Source: Rhodanobacteraceae bacterium
GTDB taxonomy: Bacteria; Pseudomonadota; Gammaproteobacteria; Xanthomonadales; Rhodanobacteraceae
Assembly (NCBI GenBank): GCA_021325475.1
Contig: JAJPHA010000058.1
Location: 4,170 to 68,169 of the forward strand
DNA: 64,000 nt
Direction: 5' to 3'
The position numbers were made by a program, and so were the translations under genes. A model generated the notes under the pieces. The model was not told the origin of the DNA, ran no database searches, and worked only from the letters and a program-made list of their open reading frames with translations. Below, one piece after another: positions 58,475 through 64,000 of this stretch. Position 1 is the first letter of the stretch. Each line of letters opens with the position of its first letter.

Positions 58475-60634
58475 TCAGGCGTTCTGCAGCAACGACACGT
58501 CGGCGACCTCGAGGAACATGCGGCGCAACCGGCCGAGCAGGGCGAGTCGGTTGCGGCGCCTGGCGGCGTCGTCGACCATCACCATCACACTGTCGAAGAA
58601 GGCATCGACCGGCGCGCGCAGCGCGGCGAGCCGCCGCAGCATGTCAACGTATCGCCGTTCGGCCGCGAGCGGCGCGATGACCGCCGCCGCCGCCTCGATT
58701 TCCGCGTGCAGCGCGGCTTCCGCGCCGGCGTCGAGCAGCCGCGCGTCGACCTGCGCGCCGATGGTTTCCTCCGCCTGGCGCAGGATGTTGCCGATGCGCT
58801 TGTTCGCTGCGGCCAGCGCCTGCGCCTCGGGCAGGCGGACGAACTCGCCGACCGCGCGCAGGCGGCGGTCGAAGTCGATCAGGGTTTCCGGCTCCACCGC
58901 GCGCACCGCGTCGAATCGATCACCGCCGACGCCGCGTTCGGCGTAATAGCCGCGCAGCCGGTCGTGGACGAAGTCGAGCAGCTCGGCGACCAGCGCGCTC
59001 TTGCGCGCCGCCGGCGTCGCGGTCGCCGGTTCCCGCGATTTCGGCGCGCCCTTCGGCGCCGCGAGGGCGCGCTCCGGCAGCAACTCCACCGCCTCGCGCA
59101 GCAGGGCTTCGAGGTCGAGCTCCAGTGCGCCCTCGATCAGGGTGCGGGCGAGGCCGAGCGCGGTGCGGCGCAAGGCGAACGGATCCTTGTTGCCGGACGG
59201 CTTCAGGCCCACGGCGAAGATGCCGGCGAGCGTGTCGAGCTTGTCGGCGACCGCGAGCACCCGCGCGAGCGTGCCGTGCGCGATCTCGTCGCTGGCGAAG
59301 CGTGGCCGGTAGTATTCGTCGAGCGCCTGGGCGACGTCCTTGGGCTCGCCGTGGGCGAGTGCGTAGTAGCGACCCATCACGCCCTGCAGTTCCGGAAACT
59401 CGCCGACCATGCGCGTCATCAGATCGCACTTGCTCAGGGCCGCGGCGCGGGTGGCGCGCGCGGCGTCCACGCCGAGCCGGTTGGCGATCACGCGGGCGAG
59501 CTCGGTCACGCGCACGCACTTGTCCCACAGGCTGCCGAGCTCCTGCTGGTAGGTGACGGTCTTCAGGGTCTCCTGGTGCGTCGCGAGCGGCGTCTTGCGA
59601 TCCTCGTCGTAGAAGAACTTGGCGTCGGCGAAGCGCGGCCGGATCACGCGCTCGTAGCCCTTGCGGATCTCGTCCGGGTTCGTCGATTCGATGTTGGCGA
59701 TGCCGATGAAATGCTCGGTCAGCAGGCTTCCGTCCAGCACCGGGAAAAACCGCTGATTCCTTTCCATCGTCTGGATCAGCGCCTCCTGCGGCACGTGCAG
59801 GAACTCGCGGTCGAACGAACCGGCGACGGCGGCGGGCCATTCCACCAGATTGCGCACTTCCGCCAGGTTGTCGGCGTCGATGAGGACCGCGAGGTTCGTC
59901 CGTCCGGTCGCGCCGCGCACCCGCCCGACCGCGGTGTGCAGGGCCTCGCTGACGGCCTGTTCGCGGGCGGCCGGATCGACCATCACTTTCGCCGCGCGCA
60001 GCGCTTCGACGTACTCACTCGCCTGCGCGATCCACACCGGCTGCGGATGGTGGAACCGATGTCCGCGCGATTCGCGGCCGCTGCGGACGCCGAACACTTC
60101 CGCGTCGATCACCCGATCGCCGTGCAGCAGGACCAGCCAGTGCACCGGCCGCACGAAGGCAAAGTCGTGATCGCCCCAACGCATCGGCTTCGGGATCGGC
60201 AGGCGGGCGAGCGCCTCGCGGAGGATCTCCGGCAGGAGCTCGGCCAGCGGCCGGCCGCGCTGCACGGCGCGATGCACGAACCAGGCGCCCTTGTCGGTTT
60301 CGAGCGTTTCCAGCGCCTCGACGCTCACCCCGCAGGCGGCGGCGAAACCGAGCAGCGCCTTGGTCGGCTGGCCGCTCGCATCGCGCCCGGCGGCGACCGC
60401 CGGGCCGCGGCGCTCGATCGCCTGATCGGGCTGCTCGGCCGCGACCGCGGGCACGAGCACGGCGAGGCGACGCGGCGAGTTATACGTTTTGGCATTTTCC
60501 ACATCGGCCGCGATGCCGCGTTTCGTCAGACCCTCGAAGATGCCGATGGCGAACGCCTTGGCGAGTTCGTCCAGCGCCTTCGGCGGGAGTTCCTCGCAAC
60601 CAATCTCCACGAGCAACGATTTCATATCAGTCAT
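58475..60634 (-). CDS. glyS: glycine--tRNA ligase beta subunit
   Basis: It has LLVEIGCEELPPKAL at the N-terminus and typical GlyS blocks (FxTPRRLAV-like SPRRLAV, MRWG, EFPELQG). The length is about 719 aa. The start is ATG 60634 (GGAAGGA upstream) or ATG 60625. Confidence 0.9.
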   Translation of the reverse strand: MTDMKSLLVEIGCEELPPKALDELAKAFAIGIFEGLTKRGIAADVENAKTYNSPRRLAVLVPAVAAEQPDQAIERRGPAVAAGRDASGQPTKALLGFAAACGVSVEALETLETDKGAWFVHRAVQRGRPLAELLPEILREALARLPIPKPMRWGDHDFAFVRPVHWLVLLHGDRVIDAEVFGVRSGRESRGHRFHHPQPVWIAQASEYVEALRAAKVMVDPAAREQAVSEALHTAVGRVRGATGRTNLAVLIDADNLAEVRNLVEWPAAVAGSFDREFLHVPQEALIQTMERNQRFFPVLDGSLLTEHFIGIANIESTNPDEIRKGYERVIRPRFADAKFFYDEDRKTPLATHQETLKTVTYQQELGSLWDKCVRVTELARVIANRLGVDAARATRAAALSKCDLMTRMVGEFPELQGVMGRYYALAHGEPKDVAQALDEYYRPRFASDEIAHGTLARVLAVADKLDTLAGIFAVGLKPSGNKDPFALRRTALGLARTLIEGALELDLEALLREAVELLPERALAAPKGAPKSREPATATPAARKSALVAELLDFVHDRLRGYYAERGVGGDRFDAVRAVEPETLIDFDRRLRAVGEFVRLPEAQALAAANKRIGNILRQAEETIGAQVDARLLDAGAEAALHAEIEAAAAVIAPLAAERRYVDMLRRLAALRAPVDAFFDSVMVMVDDAARRRNRLALLGRLRRMFLEVADVSLLQNA

Positions 60635-60740
60635 GGCAGTGATCCTTCCCTGGAGCGTACCCGGTTCGGCATCCCTGCCTCGACCTCATCCAGCGCACGC
60701 GATGCGCTTCAACGCAGCGCGTAGGCGCGCTGGATTCGAC

Positions 60741-60782
60741 CTCGGTGCCGATCTCGATCAGCAGCGGCTTGAGCTCAGCCAT
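60741..60782 (-). pseudogene. relic glyS start (14 codons) overlapping the glyQ stop
   Basis: ATGGCTGA overlaps the glyQ stop in the arrangement usual for glyQS. It encodes [14 protein letters not shown], which aligns without gaps to MTDMKSLLVEIGCE of the functional start. The reading frame then breaks down. Confidence 0.6.
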
Positions 60783-61692
60783 GCGCGGCCTCGGTGCGCG
60801 TGAGGCCCGGAAAGCCGAGCTTTTCACGCCGTGCGTAGTACGCCTCCGCCACCGCGCGCGCCAGCGTGCGCACGCGCAGGATGTAGCGCTGGCGCTCGGT
60901 GACACTGATCGCGCGGCGCGCGTCGAGCAGATTGAAGGTGTGCGAGGCCTTGCACACCTGATCGTAGGCCGGCAGCGGCAGGCCGAGTTCGACCAGCCGC
61001 GTGGCCTCGCGTTCGCACACGTCGAACCCGTGCCGAAGTTCCGCCACGTCGGCGTGCTCGAAGTTGTAGGCGCTCTGCTCGACCTCGTTCTGGTGGAACA
61101 CGTCGCCATAGGTCACCACGCCGTGCGGCGCGCGGGTCCAGACGAGATCGAACACGTTGTCCACGTTCTGCAGGTACATGGCCAGGCGTTCCAGGCCGTA
61201 GGTGATCTCGCCGGTGACCGGCTTGCACTCGAGCCCGCCGGCCTGCTGGAAATAGGTGAACTGGGTCACCTCCATGCCGTTCAGCCACACTTCCCAGCCG
61301 AGCCCCCAGGCGCCGAGGGTGGGCGATTCCCAGTTGTCCTCGACCAGGCGCAGGTCGTGCACCAGGGGGTCGATGCCCAGTTCCTTGAGCGAGCCGAAGT
61401 AGCGGTCCAGGATGTCGTCCGGGTTCGGCTTCATCACCACCTGGTACTGGTAGTAGTGCTGCAGACGGTTCGGGTTCTCGCCGTAGCGGCCATCGGCGGG
61501 CCGCCGCGAGGGCTGCACGTAGGCCGCGGCCCACGGCTCGGGGCCGAGGGCGCGCAGGAACGTGGCCGGATGAAACGTGCCGGCGCCGACTTCGGTATCG
61601 AGCGGCTGGATCAGGACGCAGCCCTGACCCGCCCAGTAGCCGTTGAGGCGCTGGATCACTTCCTGGAAGGTCGGCGCGGGCATCGGGATCAC
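60775..61692 (-). CDS. glyQ: glycine--tRNA ligase alpha subunit
   Basis: [46 protein letters not shown] matches GlyQ almost invariantly. The length is 305 aa. Confidence 0.95.
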   Translation of the reverse strand: MIPMPAPTFQEVIQRLNGYWAGQGCVLIQPLDTEVGAGTFHPATFLRALGPEPWAAAYVQPSRRPADGRYGENPNRLQHYYQYQVVMKPNPDDILDRYFGSLKELGIDPLVHDLRLVEDNWESPTLGAWGLGWEVWLNGMEVTQFTYFQQAGGLECKPVTGEITYGLERLAMYLQNVDNVFDLVWTRAPHGVVTYGDVFHQNEVEQSAYNFEHADVAELRHGFDVCEREATRLVELGLPLPAYDQVCKASHTFNLLDARRAISVTERQRYILRVRTLARAVAEAYYARREKLGFPGLTRTEAAHG

Positions 61693-61751
61693 GGTTCCGG
61701 GCGAAAAGCGCGTTAGTATAGCGGGTAACCACGCAATCCCAAGGCTCGCCT

Positions 61752-63578
61752 ATGGCCACCGTCCCGCATCGACCGCCGGCTGCCGCCGCCGCGAGCGACG
61801 CCCCGGAACTCGGCCTGCACCGCAAGCTCGACCTCGACGCCGTGCTCGCCGCGCTCAAGCACGACGGCCTGATCGATCCGGCCGACGCGCTCAAGGTGCG
61901 CGCCGACGGGCGCAGCGTGCGCGGCAAGACGGAACTGCATCCGATCGCGCTGATCGCCAATCACAAGCTGGTCAATCCGCGCGACGGCAAGCCGCTCAGC
62001 CTGGAGGTGCTCACCCAATGGCTGGCCGAGAAGGCCAGGCTGCCGTATCTCAAGATCGACCCGATGAAGATCGATGCGGCGGCCGTCACCCAGGTGATCT
62101 CCCACGCCTACGCCCAGCGCTACCGCATCCTGCCGGTGGCGGTGAGCCCGGTGCAGGTGGTGATCGCCACCAGCGAGCCGTTCGATACGCGCTGGCTCGC
62201 CGATCTCGCCCACATCCTGCGCCGCGACATCCAGCGCGTGGTGGTCAATCCGGTCGATCTCAACCGCTACCTGCTCGAGTTCTACGGCGTGCAGCGGTCG
62301 ATCCAGAAGGCCAAGGACGCCAAGCTCGGCACCGAGGAAGGCCGCGCCATCCTCAACTTCGAGCAACTGCTGGAACTCGGCAAGTCCGGCGAGATCGGCG
62401 CGGACGACCGCCACGTCGTGCACATCGTCGACTGGCTGCTGCAATACGCCTTCGAGCAGCGCGCCTCGGACATCCACCTCGAGCCGCGCCGCGACACCAG
62501 CCCGATCCGGTTCCGCATCGACGGCGTGATGCACAAGGTGTTCGAGCTGCCGACGCCGGTGATGACCGCGGTCACCGCGCGCGTGAAGATTCTCGGCCGC
62601 ATGGATCTCGCCGAGAAGCGCCGCCCGCAGGATGGCCGCATCAAGACGCGCTCGGTCGAGGGGCGCGAAGTCGAACTGCGCCTGTCGACCATGCCGACCG
62701 CGTTCGGCGAAAAAGTGGTGATGCGCATCTTCGATCCGGACATCGTGGTCAAGGAATTCCGCCAGCTCGGCTTCTCGATGGACGAGGAGCTGCTCTGGCG
62801 CAGCATGGTCGAGCGCCCGCACGGCATCGTCCTGGTCACCGGCCCGACCGGTTCGGGCAAGACGACCACGCTCTATTCCACGCTCAAGCATCTGGCGACG
62901 CCGGACATCAACGTCTGCACGATCGAGGATCCGATCGAGATGGTGTCACCCGAGTTCAATCAGATGCAGGTGCAACCGGCGATCGACCTCGACTTCGCCG
63001 CCGGCGTGCGCACCCTGCTGCGCCAGGATCCCGACATCATCATGATCGGCGAGATCCGCGATCTCGAAACCGCACAGATGGCGGTGCAGGCGGCGTTGAC
63101 CGGACACCTGGTGCTGTCGACGCTGCACACCAACGATGCGCCGACCGCGCTGTCGCGGCTGCTCGACCTCGGCGCGCCGCATTACCTCATCCAGTCCACG
63201 CTCACCGGCGTGGTGGCGCAGCGCCTGGTCCGCACGCTGTGTCCGCACTGCAAGACCGAGGCAGCGCTCGACGTCGGCGCCTGGGACGCGCTGGTGCACC
63301 GCTGGCGCCTGCCGCCGCCGGCGCGCGCCTACGCGCCGAAGGGCTGCCTCGAATGCCGCAACACCGGTTTTCTCGGCCGCACCGGCATCTACGAGATGAT
63401 GCGCATCTCGCCGCAGTTGCGGCAGATGATCGTGCCGAACCTCGATCTGGTGAAGGTGACCGAGACGGCGTTGAGCGAAGGCATGCGGCCGCTGCGGGTC
63501 AGCGCCGCGGCGCAGGTGGCGCGCGGCATCACCACGATTCCGGAGGTGGTCTCCGTGCTGCCGCCGGTCGAGGGATGA
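61752..63578 (+). CDS. GspE/PulE/PilB-family secretion ATPase, with no partner genes in the window
   Basis: It has Walker A GPTGSGKTTT, an Asp box, Walker B IIMIGEIRD, a His box TGHLVLSTLHTN and the tetracysteine CPHC...CLECRNTG. The N-terminal domain is of the T2SS-E N type. Confidence 0.85.
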   Translation: MATVPHRPPAAAAASDAPELGLHRKLDLDAVLAALKHDGLIDPADALKVRADGRSVRGKTELHPIALIANHKLVNPRDGKPLSLEVLTQWLAEKARLPYLKIDPMKIDAAAVTQVISHAYAQRYRILPVAVSPVQVVIATSEPFDTRWLADLAHILRRDIQRVVVNPVDLNRYLLEFYGVQRSIQKAKDAKLGTEEGRAILNFEQLLELGKSGEIGADDRHVVHIVDWLLQYAFEQRASDIHLEPRRDTSPIRFRIDGVMHKVFELPTPVMTAVTARVKILGRMDLAEKRRPQDGRIKTRSVEGREVELRLSTMPTAFGEKVVMRIFDPDIVVKEFRQLGFSMDEELLWRSMVERPHGIVLVTGPTGSGKTTTLYSTLKHLATPDINVCTIEDPIEMVSPEFNQMQVQPAIDLDFAAGVRTLLRQDPDIIMIGEIRDLETAQMAVQAALTGHLVLSTLHTNDAPTALSRLLDLGAPHYLIQSTLTGVVAQRLVRTLCPHCKTEAALDVGAWDALVHRWRLPPPARAYAPKGCLECRNTGFLGRTGIYEMMRISPQLRQMIVPNLDLVKVTETALSEGMRPLRVSAAAQVARGITTIPEVVSVLPPVEG

Positions 63579-64000
63579 GCGCACGCCCGCGGCCGCGCAC
63601 CGCGCGCGCACCCTTGCTGATCGTTGCGACCGGCGCCGCGCTGCCCGAGGTGCGGCGGCGCTTCGGCGACTACGCCGCGTGGTTCCGCCGCGGTTTGCGC
63701 CTGCCGCCGCAGGCCATCGTCCGGGTCCGCGTCGATCGTGGCGAGCGACTGCCTGCGCCCGCGTCCGTGGCCGCGGTCCTCATCACCGGTTCCGACGCGA
63801 TGGTCTCCGATCGGCTGCCGTGGAGCGAGCGCACCGCGGCCTGGCTGCGCCGGGCCGCGGACGCCGGCGTGCCGATGCTCGGCGTGTGTTACGGACACCA
63901 ACTGCTGGCGCATGCCTTCGGCGGCGAGGTGGCCTACAACCCGCGCGGGCTCGAGATCGGCACGATCGCGGTGGTCTGCACGCCGGCGGCGCGGCGGGAT
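63575..64000 (+). CDS. class I glutamine amidotransferase-like protein (3-prime end lies outside the window)
   Basis: ATG 63575 overlaps the GspE-like stop (ATGA). My own translation gives ...AVLITGSDAMV...PMLGVCYGHQLLAHAFGG, the GATase nucleophile elbow. The ORF runs off the window end. Confidence 0.65.
   Translation, partial: MSARPRPRTARAPLLIVATGAALPEVRRRFGDYAAWFRRGLRLPPQAIVRVRVDRGERLPAPASVAAVLITGSDAMVSDRLPWSERTAAWLRRAADAGVPMLGVCYGHQLLAHAFGGEVAYNPRGLEIGTIAVVCTPAARRD

Noticed and set aside
53983-60724. Very long ORFs 53983..56991 (-) and 56945..60724 (+) overlapping the TonB receptor, sulfotransferase and glyS genes
   Set aside because: These are shadow ORFs of a high-GC genome. The competing frames encode clearly recognisable proteins, and these translations are low-complexity.
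61752-63578. Type II secretion or type IV pilus gene cluster
   Set aside because: Only the ATPase is present. No GspF/PilC, pseudopilin, secretin or prepilin peptidase genes are seen in the window.

Overview
Very GC-rich bacterial chromosomal window. Gene content suggests a Xanthomonadales/Lysobacterales-type gammaproteobacterium, but that is inference only. I recognise about 55 protein-coding genes, and most are housekeeping. They include an ABC-2 exporter pair, comM/yifB, amtB-glnK, an indolepyruvate:ferredoxin oxidoreductase, an HK/RR operon, an M48 protease and aceF-orf-lpdA. Also present are phhA, a rhomboid protease, a GGDEF protein, rlmI, folE, an MFS pump, a thiol-disulfide pair, a PLP dehydratase, tag, bioC-bioH-bioF-bioB and comF. 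The rest are ubiA, a glutamate-synthase-like flavoprotein, mnmG, a TonB-dependent receptor, a TPR-sulfotransferase, glyQ-glyS and a lone GspE-like ATPase. I found no rRNA, tRNA or CRISPR array, and no recognisable defence or prophage cluster. The accessory, lower-GC parts are a serine-hydrolase insert (24.7-26.0 kb), a NYN-gene plus IS1-like remnant islet (33.6-35.3 kb), and a repeat-bounded islet between comF and ubiA (43.5-47.05 kb). That last islet holds GST-like and nitronate-monooxygenase-like genes and an intact IS5-family element whose inverted-repeat ends also bound two about 142-bp MITEs. The most unusual signals are not genes. (1) At three loci (folE/rlmI, mnmG, glyS) a short stub of a gene end is followed by extra DNA and then a full copy. 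One of these joins is resolvable to a 12-nt microhomology. This looks like a footprint of one-sided homologous plus illegitimate recombination. (2) A family of AT-rich words (GTGGAAAATGCG, GTGGATTTTTCCA, GTGGAAATTTCCAC) recurs inside unrelated GC-rich genes, in different frames and on both strands. All functional calls come from reading the translations, and no database search was run.
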